From assembly GCA_040954595.2 (NCBI GenBank), contig CM082577.2:992001-1056000 (forward strand): a stretch of DNA of 64,000 nt, in the 5' to 3' direction. Under the pieces are notes generated by a model that was not told the DNA's origin, searched no databases, and worked only from the letters and a program-made list of their open reading frames with translations. A program made the position numbers and the translations under genes. This document shows positions 1 to 43,400 of the stretch, piece by piece (the stretch's first letter is position 1; each line of letters opens with the position of its first letter). This DNA comes from Balanoglossus misakiensis (lineage: Eukaryota > Animalia > Hemichordata).

Positions 1-220
1 TGTCGGAACAGACCTGCTGCAGGTCTGACAGGACAGGTCTGGTGCAGGTCTGTTCTAACAGGTACGTCTGGTGCAGGTCTGACGGGACAGACCTGTGGCA
101 GGTCTGATCCAACAGACTGCTGCAGGTCTGGGGCCATATTGCACATGACCTGTTGGTCAGACATGCACCGGACATGCACCAGACCTGGTGCAGACCAGGT
201 GAACTTTGGTTGTGTATGGA
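1..220. repeat. Array of CAGACCTG/CAGGTCTG units in both orientations, probably the subterminal repeat region of a DNA transposon cut by the window edge
   Basis: Many short units form local hairpins such as CAGACCTGCTGCAGGTCTG and stop abruptly at about 220. Confidence 0.6.
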
Positions 221-698
221 AAACATTCATAACTTCTCCTGTGGTCTACAGAACCCTTCCACTGTACACAGTACCACAATTTTGCACAAACTGGGACAGA
301 AAAACAATTGAAGTTTCAAGATTATTGGATTTCATTCAATCTCCCACCCACCCACCCCCTCCAATATTCACACAGATTTAAAAAAAGCTTATGAATTTCA
401 TCTACATGTTTTGGTTTCGTCTTATCTTTTTATGTAGGGGTGTTGGGAGTGGCACCAGATGCTTCAGCTTGTCTGAGAGTCTCTTCATCCAATGGTTTCG
501 CCTCAGCCTTCTCCCCCTCCAACCCAGCATTCACTTTCATATTGGTTTCTTGTTGAAGTTTCAGCTCGTAGTTTCTGACGTCGTCTTTGTTCATGTCTGT
601 CGACCAGAAAGAAAAGCCGGTACACAGAATTTGATGAGAGTGGAAAGTAACTTGAATTTACACTATTTACAAATTTTGCTAGTTTTTTTTTTGTTTGC

Positions 699-28785
<28,087 letters not shown>

Positions 28786-29481
28786 GTTGAGGTAACGCTC
28801 TCCGATTTGCCGAATGAGGTATGATTTCAAATAACGACTTGCTTCGGCTCAGTACTTGATATGAGACTCTCCAGAACTTCCGCAAAGTTTCACCACTATC
28901 TCCAAGCCGGTGTTCAGGTTCAGCTGAATGAGAGCAATGTTATTTACTCTCGTCAAATAACGTGCATGGTTTCAGGATCAAAGTGGTCTCGTTACAGTAG
29001 TTTCTCATCATTCTGACGTTGGTGGCACCATATAGGAAAATACTTAGAGGTTTAATATCAAGAAAATATGTGACAAAGACGGCCAATAACAAGGGATGAA
29101 CTCTTTGATACATTCCCTTGAGTGTACTAACCAAAAATTAAGACATTGGGACACTTTTTAGCTCAAACTGTAAACTAGTTTTGCATAATTTGCTGAATAC
29201 AGAGCAGATGAGTGCATCGACTGTCTTCAAACCAGTGAGAAAACTGTGCTGTACTTTATATGACATTAAAAGTGAATTTTAAAGATTCTCATTGATCATG
29301 CAATTCTTGAGACTTTATGTGTATAATATAGTCTTAAATATTGCTGTTGAAAATATGACATTGAAGTGTTGAAAGATGTTTCTCTTTGCTGTTTCCAGGG
29401 GAAACAAAGGTGAGCGAGCACTCAGTTCGAGCGCATGATGGCGCTGTGATGATCCAGGCGTTGACCCCTACAACTGAAGCT

Positions 29482-30647
<1,166 letters not shown>

Positions 30648-31803
30648 CCAAGCCATCTCATTCATCCAGTTACAGTTACTATTTATATAAATATGACATT
30701 GTAGTTGTGTGACAATTTTCTGGAACAGTTTATGTAAAGATGTTTATTCAATGTCAACAAAACAATAGCTTGTTGCCAGATACCTGTACTTGCTGCGTTA
30801 TATTTCAGTGCAATGACATTTGATGTGAAGTCTGTATGGATGGCGCCCTTACTGGTCATGCCAGGAACATGTATATTTGTATCACAGATCAATGCCAGTA
30901 TTGTTCAAGTGTAATTGTACAGTGATTTAATTTGTAATTAAACGGACTTATATCTTATCTCAAGCAAATGATGTTCCTTTGTCTTTCATCATTCTAACCA
31001 GTGTACAATTTAAAACTTGTACAACTCTGCAGATCAAAATTAGGCTGCATCTATGGATCTGATATACACACTACAAAGATAAACCATGAGAGATAGCATG
31101 CATACTGAACTTTAAAACCATAGTGAACTTTAAAACCATTCTTTATTTTGAAACACTCAAATATCCAGGTAGCAGTACAAAAAAGTTCATATTAATGTCT
31201 AAGTGAGTGTCTTTCTAGACCTACTTTGCTAATATTATAATCAGTGATGATGTGACTCCAAATAAACATAATACTTTTGAAACTTAAAAAAAATGAGAAA
31301 CTGTAGAGATTCAAAACATCAGAACAGTAAGAGTTACTACACGTTTTCAATGTTTATAAGAAGCAGGATATGGTTGAAATAAACATGAACATTGTATATA
31401 CACAAAAATGAAAGAGTCTGTCTGCTTCAACCTGCAATGTATATGTCTGTTACCTTTATTGTTAAAAATACATATGAACTCCTTTCAAAATAAGAAATAT
31501 TTAATTCCTTGTGGTTAGTGTGTACCACTTCTTTTTTTCTCTCTCACACCAATCCTTACATCATCATTTAATATATACAAAAAATCATGTATTGATAATT
31601 ACTTTTGAATTGCATTTTTACAACGTTATATTAAGTATGATTTAACATGCAAAAACTGTTACTTTTCTCCAGTTCCAGTACAAGTGTTGAATGGCTGGCA
31701 TCCCTACAGCATCTCAGGGTAGAGGATACTACAAACAGACAGGTAGCATTGAAATCTTTTCATCTGGAGGGGGCTAGTGTTCTCAGTTGGGCTTTGTTTC
31801 TGT

Positions 31804-34800
31804 CTATGACGGGTATGGGTATTTCCAGATAAGCATAGCTCCATCTTGGCTGACACTGACAATGATTTGATGGTTGGGACAGATCTTCAGACGGTTAATG
31901 TTGCCACTGTGGCCCAAACCAACATGGGTCACTTCACCTTCATTGTACTTCCATACCTGTTGGGAAAATAATTATTTTGATATCAGAGGGATGGGTTGGT
32001 GGCTCTTATTTTAACCCTTTCACCCCTATTTCCATGTATAAAGGTCCAACTTCTTCAATTTACTTGAAGCTTCTGACAGCTTCAAGTAAATTGACACTTT
32101 TCACATTGTAATTTTCCCATAAAAAATGCCTTTATCGAACACCATCATACCTTAAGTATCTTGTCATCACCACCAGTGGCAAAACTCAGACCATCTGATG
32201 CAATGTCCAGGCCATTGACAGAGCCTGATTGAGAGCCTTCCAACTCACGGATTTGAGATCCATCATAGGTTTCAAAGTAGCCAATCTGCATAAAGAATGG
32301 ATAAATGCAAACATTTAATAAAAAGGATAATTCTTGTTAATACACTTTGTACATTTCTGTTTAAAAACAGTTAAAGATGACTGATCACAGTAATGACACA
32401 CATTCTCTCACACAAGTCTTACCTTTCTATCCGAGCCACTTGTTATGATTTGACTTTCATCTGGGTGGTAGCTGACACATTTGAACAGTGTATTTGCAAA
32501 GATGACTTGGTTTCGGACAAATCGCCTGTAACGGACAAATTTATGAAACAACTGTTTGGTATAATACCATGCCCATATTCACTGAAATACTATGAGACAT
32601 AATATTGACAACTGAATAATGTTCAAGATGGAAGTTTCAAAATGCTCATTAAATACTAAAAATCTATTCTCACTTACACCAAATCCCAGATGATGCAGGT
32701 ACCATCCAAGCTTGCACTGACACATTCTGTGTCCGTCTTGCGAAGTTTGATACAGGTGACAGCTCCCTTATGTTCCTTCATGGCTTCTATTAGAGTTGTA
32801 GTGTTGGGTGAAATCTCCCATACACGTACTTGGCCTTCGCCTCCTCCACTGACGATACGTCTACAATTGGATGTTGTTGCTAAGGCCGTCACACCTTTGT
32901 TGTGGGCATCATTGATGGTGAACCTCAGGTTTCCAGACTCTGGCTTGAATGCTCTTATCTTCCCATCATCCCAGGCTGTTGGCGGAAAAATTCAAAGAAC
33001 AATATAAGCGTTGCAACACAGGGACTCAGAAGTTTAGGTTCAATGACAGAACACTTCTTTTTTTTCGGTTCTCACAGAAAATGTTACCCCAATTTTATAT
33101 CTTTACTCTCATGGACAAAAATGTCCAGCAAATATTATTACATACCACTGACAACAGTACTTCCATCCATCATCAAATCAACAGCGTGACATTTCATGTT
33201 GGGGACAGTAATACGTCTCAGTTCCTTCCCTGTTTTGGTCTGCCATACCCGGATGTCACTCTGAGCGCAAGTGACGAACAAATCACTGCTCCCACTGTGA
33301 GAAAATAATGACACGAAGAGAATTGTGAGAAGAAAATGTGAAGAAATGATCCCTTCATGGGGAATTCTCTGGAAAGGGTGATGTGGTCATGAAATGATGA
33401 AATGATTCATAACAAATAGTCTGCCAGTATAGAATTGTGTGTACTTACAATGGAAAGACTACATCAGTAACCGGGTAATCATGACAGGTCTTCACAAGCT
33501 CACTGGTAAACTGAGCGTGGTCAAACCGGTGAACTTCAGCTGTTTCCGTGCCGACGAAGAACTGGTGACCTTCACCTCTTAGGCCAATGGACAACACACC
33601 ACCAGTGACCTTGCTGGATCTATACCGGTATCACAGAGAACAGAAATGGTGAGAATTGAAAGACAACTTAATCTATGGCAGCTAACAGGCACCAGTAATT
33701 GTGTGACATAATCTGTTTCAGTTGTCTGGGTACTTACTTGGCTTTCTTAAACTTCTCCTTAGTGACACTTGCCACAGCTCCATTTCCAGCACCAACAAGG
33801 ATATATCCTGTTTTCAACAATGCCAGTGATGTAACTCCAAGACTAAATTTGTCCTTTGCTGGTCCATAGTTTGCTAGGATGCATCTTTCTGTGTTCACTT
33901 GGAGAACATCGCCACTAGTTGTACCACAGTAGAAAAACTTGTCATCTTTGTCCATCTGTTGAAGAAGACATACCGAGCCATTACTTAATTAATATAAGCA
34001 AACTGATGTCTGTGGATTTCATCTTACTACAGAATTACATCCAATGATTTTTGCTGAGCTCTATCTTAAAAAATCTAATTGCCTGACATGTACTCACCAC
34101 AATGCATGTGACAATACGTTTGAGCTGACCCATCTGTACATCAGTGGAACGAATCTTTCTGTTTGGCAAGTCAAGTTCCCATACTCTCAGTGTGCGACTG
34201 TAAAATGAAAATGATGAAAGAGGTAAGTGTTTGCATCATACTACTGCAGAAAAAATTACCCTTGCTTTGAACTTCTGCAAACTTGAAACTGAAGAACCAA
34301 TTAAGAGAAATTCCTCTAAATAAGTGAGAGGAAGACAATGTTGAATGTATTGGATGATATAAAGCATCCTGCTAACAACACCCCACAGCAAACTGTTTAT
34401 TGGATTATGTGCCCTGAGTGTGTTATAGGCCCACTCTCACTACTGAAATCAAGTCACATTCCACCTTTTCACCCATTCACTTTTTTGTATTTCCTACAAA
34501 AGCATAACAAATTTGAGTGGTGTAAAGGAGTTTAAAATTTGACCACTTACTCTCCTCCAGTTACAAAGATATTATCATCATTATTTGCACAGGTAACAGA
34601 GTAGCTGACACCAGCACTTGGTACAGCTGCTGGACTTCCACAGATAGCTTCTCTCTTGGCCACATTCCACACAACAACACTGCCGTCATCCCGACCACCC
34701 AGTGATACAAGGTATTTGTCATTAGCCGAAAATGATAGCGATTCCACTTTGACCTTGTGAAGGACCAGCTTGGCATAAAGGCAGCGGTTTTCATAATCCC

Positions 34801-35922
34801 AAATGATGATATTTGCCTGAAAATGCAAAGATGGGTATGGTAGGTTGTGAGTTTAAATACAGTATGAACATTAGTTTGAAGTGCTTTAAGAATAAAAGAG
34901 AATCCCTTAAAAGAACATACACTGACTGTGATAATTCTCACTTGTGGAGTGACCCTGCCATTTCAGAGAATTTCAGAGATTTGTGCAAAGTAACATCTGA
35001 ATTGTTCACACATGCACTGAGTCTGTGTGCCTTTGGTTGGCCCATATAGTAAACCTTTCTGCTTTCAACTTTGACCCCCCCCCCCCCCTTTTTATGAATT
35101 CTATACACAACATGTACAGGAGTATATAATACATATATTTTACCTTGAAACCCATATGTGTGACTTGACCTGATGCCAGAAAGCGACCAGTATTTGAAAC
35201 TGCTATACATGAAACATCATCTGTGTGTCCGGAGAGAAATGACTGTTTGTGGCTGACAATGTCTTCAATTATGACTGTGTTGCCAAGGGGATAGATCAAA
35301 TGCTGCTGATCTGGATGGACTTTCAACCCATTGGGTACCTTGCCTATTGTGGAATTAAAAAGAAATGAATGATTATTAAGATCCAAATAAATTATTTTTC
35401 TTCTGTGTTTATTGCCGTCTGAAGTGTCATCCAATACATTTCTGGATATCTTCTGTACATATAAAGAAATTCTGACGGCCCCAGTACCACATACAATATT
35501 GGTCTTTCAAACGTTTTCAGTTTTCGTGCAGCATTAAGATTCAATCTGACTCACGAACCAACTCACTATTTTTTTTTCTAAACTGAACTTTTGTAGAATC
35601 AATCGTGCAACACCTTCAAGTTGTCAGAGAAAAACAATCCGTTGTCAGTGACAATATACATAAAAGATTGCACTCATCAAATTCAGCCATTGAAGAAGAT
35701 GTAGAAAAGGTGTAAGTTGCTAACTTCAGCCACAACATTCTGCTCTAGTCTTAGTTACTCTGCTGTATTTGAATTGAAACACGATGAGATTGGTTCGCCT
35801 TCACAACACTCAACAGAACATCACCAATGATGCAAAAGCGGTTGCTATGTTTACTTACCATTATAGCCTATTGTGCCGACTAATTCGAGCCTTTCGATAT
35901 CTTTGGTACCTTCGTCTGCCAT
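31804..35922 (-). CDS. CFAP52: Cilia- and flagella-associated WD40 protein CFAP52/WDR16, about 11 exons
   Basis: The first exon 35922-35859 encodes MADEGTKDIERLELVGTIGYN. Later exons encode GKVPNGLKVHPDQQHLIYPLG, YLVSLGGRDDGSVVVW, FYCGTTSGD and ECVSASLDGTCIIWDL. The last exon ends DGAMLIWKYPYPS* (TAG at 31806-31804). Confidence 0.93.
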
Positions 35923-35961
35923 TTTTGATATTTTAAATGCAACTATTTCCCATACACGAAA

Positions 35962-36072
35962 ATAAACACAGAAAAATGAACCAGCGTGGGAACGACCTAC
36001 ACAGCCCACAACAGCACTGGAGCTCTATGGCTAACAGTTGCTAAGGGAAACACCTCAAAACACGCAGGCGCA
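35962..36072 (-). promoter_or_regulatory. CFAP52 proximal promoter with an RFX X-box, a forkhead-like site and an NRF1-like site
   Basis: GTTGCTAAGGGAAAC lies at 36037-36051, about 115 bp upstream of the ATG. TAAACA is near 35963 and GCAGGCGCA near 36064. Motile-cilia genes are typically controlled by RFX and FoxJ1. Confidence 0.6.
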
Positions 36073-37450
36073 TTGCACCGCCGCAAGGAACGATGGGAAT
36101 AATAATAATAATCACCACCGAGGGCGCTGTGCCAATAACTTTTGGACATCTTACAGGCATTTTATGTGGCCATGTATTGCAGTTCAGTTTAAATAGATTT
36201 CAATCATATTAATTGATGAACACAGAAATAAAGTCAATAAGACAAACAGTTCATTTATATCCCAAAATGGAGATATTTTTATTATCTTCCTCCAAAATCC
36301 TCATGCATCCTGTCTTCACCATAAATCAACCACCTAAACATTAAATAAAATATTTGAATATTTGCCATTCAAACCATTTGAAAAATACATGAGGAAAACA
36401 CACCACATTAGTAAAAAGAAAAGTATTTCTAATATTTTTGTCTACAGAATGGTATACATCAATGATAAAGAAATATTATACATTGACTACCCCAAAGTGA
36501 CTCCGGGAAGGAAGATTGCACAATTTGCATATATTAAGATAATTGCTCTTCATTAAAAAAAACTAGTAGGAACCCTGTTGCCCCTGAAAACTGTTTACAG
36601 CAAAATCTGCCTTAGATGATTTCTTGGTTACTTTTGAATGACTGACTATACCAAACAATGTTGCTGGCTCTTTTCCCATGAAGGTACTGTCCAAGTAAAA
36701 ATCTACGAAAGAACCACAGCTGACAACCAAACATTTTTATGCATTAAACTTTTGCGTTTTTTTAAGTTTTAAGAGTAAGTATAGAATGTAAGGCTGACAC
36801 TGCTGTTGTATAGCAGCAGGCATTTCAAATTGCACATTAATACAAGCACCTATAGACAGCCAATCACCATTCAATTTATAGCAGAACTTCTGAGCACATC
36901 ACGGGTATGTGTTTACTTGGAGTTTGCTGGGTACAGCCATACTGCATGAAAATAAATATGTACAATAGCTAGTTGACTACCACCAGGAAAACTTCCATGC
37001 CACATAAACCCTGTTCTAAGGCATTCCTTAAAGTATTAACATGTATCCAAATTACACTAGTATGTACACCCCTAAATGACTGCTTTGCTTGGTATAGCTA
37101 CTTGACTTTCAATGAGGGAAGCTATCCTACTGCGCAATGGAATGGATGGGACCCATAGGGATTATGTAGTGACACATTGTGACCACATTTTCCCTCAGTC
37201 TCTTTGAATAATTCTGTATTGCTCGGAGTCATTTCAAACCCAAAAGTACAAATGTGATGATATGAAAGTAATGCAAGGCGCTTTGGAATGAACGTTCGGT
37301 ATGAATGAAAATAAAAACCAAACCACTGATGAAAGTGTAGAAGAAGAAAAAAAAATGTAACAATTTTGTTCAGCTATCTCTGTGGAGTTCCAAAACACCA
37401 TATGCTATCTCTATGATCAGACGGACTGTGTTTTGATCAGCTCATGCTTC

Positions 37451-40400
37451 CTATGCAGATACATGGTTAAGTACAGGAGCTCCGTTTTCCACTGCTTCCG
37501 TCGCTTTTTCCACTTCCGTCTGCGGAACAACCCCGGCATCTCTATCACTGTCAAAATACAAGGTCGGAGGTCAAATGTCAATCACCCAACTGTACCGATC
37601 GAGGACTCGTCAAGAGACTGGATGGTTAGTTTTTATGTTACCATGCCAACAGAAGAGGTTGTGAGTAAGAGATGACACCAGAAGTATTGTAGGTGATAGA
37701 TAGACAGCAGACATGCACATCTAGAGTTATGCATAAGGCCAGCCATAATATTGTGCCAATGGTTTCTCCCAGCCTGGCCTGGAGTTAGAATAGTAGAAAG
37801 AGAGAAAGAGAGAGACACAGTTAATGAAAACACCAAGTTGCTTACCATGTAAGAGACCTTAGCCAGAGTTTGCAAATATGAATGGATAACTTTTGTCATT
37901 GCTGTTTGTCCATCAGTGAACAGCAATATTTAATGCAAAGATAGAGCCCAAAATAAACAAATCCTTCTGTAACAATAACACTTTTGCATTCAAATTTGTT
38001 TATTAGTCTGATACACGTATTACTAGAGAAAGAGACATTTAAAAACAAAAGAAGATGGGTAAGGCACCAGTGAGGGAGCCCTTACCAGAGAAACATCACT
38101 GGGTAGTTTTACCTCTCTTCTACAATATTGGCTTCTGATTCCTCAGTCTCAATGCTAGATGTCGCAGTCACAACAGTGCCTTCTGTTTCATTTACAGTGT
38201 CAGCATTTTCATCTGGGGTTTCATTTTGCTCAACTGATTTCTCCGGTGTCGAGGCACTTGGTAGCTCTTCGTTTTTATTTGGTGTTAATTTCTGTGGTGA
38301 TGGAGTTGGGCTGCTGTTTTGTTGGATTTGCATGTGGTATTTATATGTGGATTCTGTACTCTCTAATTCCCCTGTACGGAGAAGAAAATATGAGGGTCAA
38401 AAAATGCAGTAGTTGGTTGGATTTATCTAACAACCCATTACTATGATTGAACCTATACCCACATTAACCCATCCTACAATGTTGTAAACCCTCATCAACC
38501 CACATGAAACCAAACACAAACCCACTTCAATCTCACAACTCAGCCTATACCCAGATCAACCCAGGTGAGTGTCTACTCCCATCAGCCAATCCACACATTC
38601 ATATCCACATAAGGCCACCCGAATCAACTTTACCTGAACTTAGGTTGAGTGACCTCCCTTTGACAGTGGCCTCTTTTGGCAGTGGTGACCACCAGTTCAC
38701 AAAAGGTCCTACCCATGGTATTTGACGTAACACACCCTGTTCAAAACAAAGATGAAATCAATAGATCAGACCAAAGCCTTGGCAAGTGTCTCTGTCTTAC
38801 AGGAATGATTCACTGCAAACAAAATTGTGGATCCTTATTTATTAACATAGACACTGAGAAGCCAAAAAGTTGGCAACAATACTTGCCTCCTCCATGATCC
38901 TGTCTTCATTTTCTTTCCTCAGTTCCTTATTTGCAGCATCAATACCTTTCTTAATCACTTCTGCCATAGTTTCCAAGAACTGCAAGAATGACAACACAGA
39001 ATTTCTATTTCCGAATCTGTCACTGAAAGCTTTGACTTGCATCACTTGGCTCGCTATAGCAATTAACCAAGTCTCACTAGATCTTGCAATGTGTGGGAAA
39101 ATAATTATTGGTTCATACTACTGTTTGCTTCCATACATTTCAATGCCTAATGCAATCACAAACCTTGGATGAATCTTCAACTTCTTTTCCCACAGTTTGG
39201 ATGATATCCACCAAGTCATCCATTTCTATCACACTGGTCAACACACCCACGCCGACACCCACTGTGTCATTGCTCGTTTTCTCTGCAGTGAAGAGGTAAC
39301 CGTCTTCTGTCGTCTGCAGCCGGGAAACCAAATCCGTGTTCAAGGAATCGATTTCTGATTTGCCGTTGTCTGGAAGGTCATCCAGCTGTGTCTGCCACAG
39401 TTGAGGGATCAACCTGGAATGAAAGAGTGTACAGGGAATGATTGGAAGTGGAAACATAACAATTGCACACAAGAATGACAGTCAAATCTGTGTTAGTGGC
39501 CACAGTCCCTGTGCAATTTACATATGAAATAATTGACCCATCTATAAAGACCACCTCTCTATAAAGGCCAGTTAAGGAAGGCATCACTCATACGAGTACA
39601 GCCATTTTAACCCTTTGAAGTTCAGGATTATCCACTCTTCTCTTCCACAAGTTGAATGAACAGAGTCCAAGAAATCAATTGGCTTATTCCATTATTTTCT
39701 ACACAGAGGGGTGTATCCTTACTGTACTGCTCCAAGTCCTGCAAAGCCTTCCACTTCCACGATAGACAGACTTTCTCTCTCTTCAATTTCTTTCTGGAAT
39801 GCCTCACGACACTTCAATGTGTTATTTAGTTGCACCTGTAAACAATGGTACAATTCCTATTAATTGACATTGTTCTTCAGAGAGCATGGCAGTCATTGTG
39901 TGAAATACAATGTATAAGGCATTTACATGTACATGTACTACCAACTAATTTGTCTTTTGTGATGCTAAACAAAAAAACTACAATTTGAAGAGTCAACATT
40001 TGTGTTTAGCCACCGAGAAATCTTGTTGTCATGCAAACCTGGATTACCATGGAGATTTCAGCGGAGTCGTAAGGTAGGAGTGGAAAGACAAGCAGAAATG
40101 CTCACCACAAGTTTTTCTAGAACTCCAATGAAATCATTGACATCATCACTTGTAGTCCCCTTATCTGTAATAAAGGAACAAAACAATGAACAAGAGATAA
40201 CATAAAAGGAAGTAGCTGCAATTTTCTGCACAAGGTGTGCCCATCAGCACTATATCCATACAAAGAAATATGACCATAAAATGATACTCACATGATACTG
40301 ACTGGAGAGGTGAGAATCGCAAACAAACACCATCATTGTCTGTTTCTATCAAATCGATCTTCACTTTTGGTGCGGCACTTCTGAGTTTATCCCATAACTG

Positions 40401-43400
40401 CAGATAAATCAGAGAATTCACACTTCAAAAATATCATCAAAACAATCTTGTCTTGTTTTGTTTTGTTCAACATCAACCAGTTTTTTACTCTTATTTTTGA
40501 GAGTGCGTTCAAACGGAGTATAGCTACTGCCTTGTTTTGCTGCGGGGGTATAGCATTATGTCACAAGAAAAAACAAAAATATTTTTGGAATTTTCATTGT
40601 AGTCAGTTTCTTTACATCTGCAATTCAAAGGTCAAACTCACCCATCGATTGAAGCTGTCAAATGTGTTTTTTAGAGATTTGTCTGTACTTGTCTCTTCTG
40701 CTTCTCCGTAATATGAAGCTTTGTCTGGTCCTGGCTTTCCTTTGTCTTCATGGTAACGGAAAACGACGACTGTAGACACGACATCATCTTGCAGCTACAA
40801 ACAGGAAGAGATGACATGTATGACCAATGCACAGATGGTTTTTGCTTACAATTACATCCATGCACATACTGAATGACTGCTTCACCATAACGAGAATAAA
40901 TCATCCTAGCAGAAAAAATTACTTGGGTTGGCCGTTTGTTTTCCACATAATCATACATTTCAAACAAGTTATCGCAACCAGCAGGTTTTTTATCAACTGT
41001 CCAAAATAGTCAAATTAAAATCCGGTGAAACATTCTAGGCACAGAATCATCAAAAAGTGGAAGCTCTTTCTCTGGTTGATGTTTTGCTATGTGCCACATT
41101 ATTATGCAAATAAGCTGCTATGCCAACAGAAGTCACTAGGGCAAACAAACTGAAACAATTACAAAATTATCATAAATTATGTATTAAAAAAAACATGAAA
41201 GTAAAAGTTTGGAGATGAGGTGGGATGAAATGAAAAGAAAGATTGCCAGAGACAGGAATAGATATTGAGAGGAAGGACAAAAAGCAACACTGATAAGTGG
41301 TTGGCAAATACTAGTAATGGGGCCACTGAAAGGACAACAGAATTGCCCTAAGATGTATCTATCTGCAAAAATAACTTTGGGTTTAACTTCAGGCCTTGAG
41401 ATGACAGGAATTTTGTTTGTACTGAGAACAAACGCAGTTGTCAGCAAAAAACTTCCAAGTTCTACAGTGTAAAAGACACCTCTATTTCCCCACCCCACCC
41501 CACCCCACCCTAACCATGCAAATAACCTGACACCCAATATCCCTCAAAAGATACAATCCATTCAGCAACTCTACCTTCAAGCACAAATGGACAAGTCACA
41601 GGGTATAACCCCCCTCTACCTATGAACACACAACCATGCTGATGCCGTATAACGCAAGTGGGTTTTGCCAAATACATGTACACCAAGGGGTAGGGTATTG
41701 AATGAGATGGAGAATTGAAGTCACCACTCAAAAACCCAGATCTGAAATACCGGTCGGTACCCATCCTTTGTTTCCATTAGAAAATAATAATGGTATTTCT
41801 ATGTGTAACATACAGTACTTTCACCAAAATCAATGTTGAAACCTATACACCTAGGACCACACTGTACCTTTGCCATACCATAGTCAAATGGTTTACCACA
41901 TTCAAAATGCTTGGCAGTAGGAATCACATGCTTATCACTGCCAAAAAAACCTGAAGCCCCATCACTGTCTCAGCGACCTTTGACCTACCTGGAAAACCAC
42001 ACGTGAAAAAAGACCAGGTGCACTCTGACTGCCAAAGACTGGATGAATGCCTACTTTGGTGTTCTGAAATTGTGAGGCTAGTTTTAAAACACAATCACTA
42101 GACAGGTGTCTTAAAGATTAACAGGTGCAAGTTGTGGCATAACACATGCTACCAAGTAGACATAAGCTAACGCCTTCCACCACCATGACTAGCTGAAGCC
42201 ACCAGCAGACCAACCTATGCTAAGCAACCTATTCAAGATTATGGCACACTAGTCAGTAGAGACAACTTGACTTCTATGTTGTCACTTTCTTCATCCTACA
42301 AGCAGGGGGGGGGGGGGGGCGGGGGAGGTCAAATGTCAAAGGTGAAATGTCAGGATTGTCATGAGATGACAGGAAAGACGGTGAAATGACAGACACAAGG
42401 ATCATGCTTTGCACTTACAAACAACTTGATTGTCTGACCCAGCACCTCTTTAAACGACCCCTGTATCACTATCTCATTGTCATTCGGCTTAGGTTTTTCC
42501 TGCTTCGGAAAAAAAGCAATGAAAAAAAATGACAATTATGCGATGCAGACTGAGATGCCATGCAATTGATGTTGAAGTGTGCATACGACTCTAAACTAAT
42601 TTGATCAGCGATGAAATAATAAAGCAGAAATAAAAAATGAAAGCTGTCTTTACATCTTTTCAGACTTTGAATGCAATGGATCTGTTGTATTGATATGTAA
42701 GAATGTGTTTCATTGGCTGAGCTAGCACACATTATAACACACCATGCAGCGAACCCTCGATCGTGATTCGTCAATACGACGTCACGTGACCTTAGTCATT
42801 TCGAACTGTTGCCTTGGGCATCAGTTCGATCGGTTTGGTGTGTTATAAAACACATGATGGCTGACATATTCGGGCAACAGTGTATTTTTAATGACCTCGG
42901 GACTGCCAGTCACACCAAAACAGTCTGTTTTCCCTCGGGCTATGCCCTCGGGAAAACAAGACTGTTTTAGTTGTGACTAGCAGCACCCTCGGTCATCAAA
43001 ATACACTGTTGCCCTCATTGTCAGTCATCATGTGTATACTGTTAACCAATCACATGTCCATACAGCCAGATGTTCTGATCTTTTCCAGGCATACCAACAG
43101 ATTTCACTTCCAAGGGAACAAAGAAACACCTCTACTGCTACTGGTCTGCTTCCTTATCTGCCTACATTCATGCACATAAAATTACACAACTGTGGACACA
43201 CAAGCATGTGTAGGACATTTTATATCTGAATCAAATCTATTGTATGCCACACACAACAAACAACTGGCACAACAAGTGTTAGAAAGTATGACAGATGACT
43301 TTCCTTAGTAACAACACAACGCAATGCAATGCAACACAACACAACACAACACAACACAACACAACACAACACAACACAACACAAACTGACAGCTGAACAC

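Noticed and set aside
1-220. CRISPR-like array of short palindromic repeats
   Set aside because: The DNA is eukaryotic, spacing is irregular, orientation is mixed and there are no cas genes. A transposon subterminal repeat fits better.
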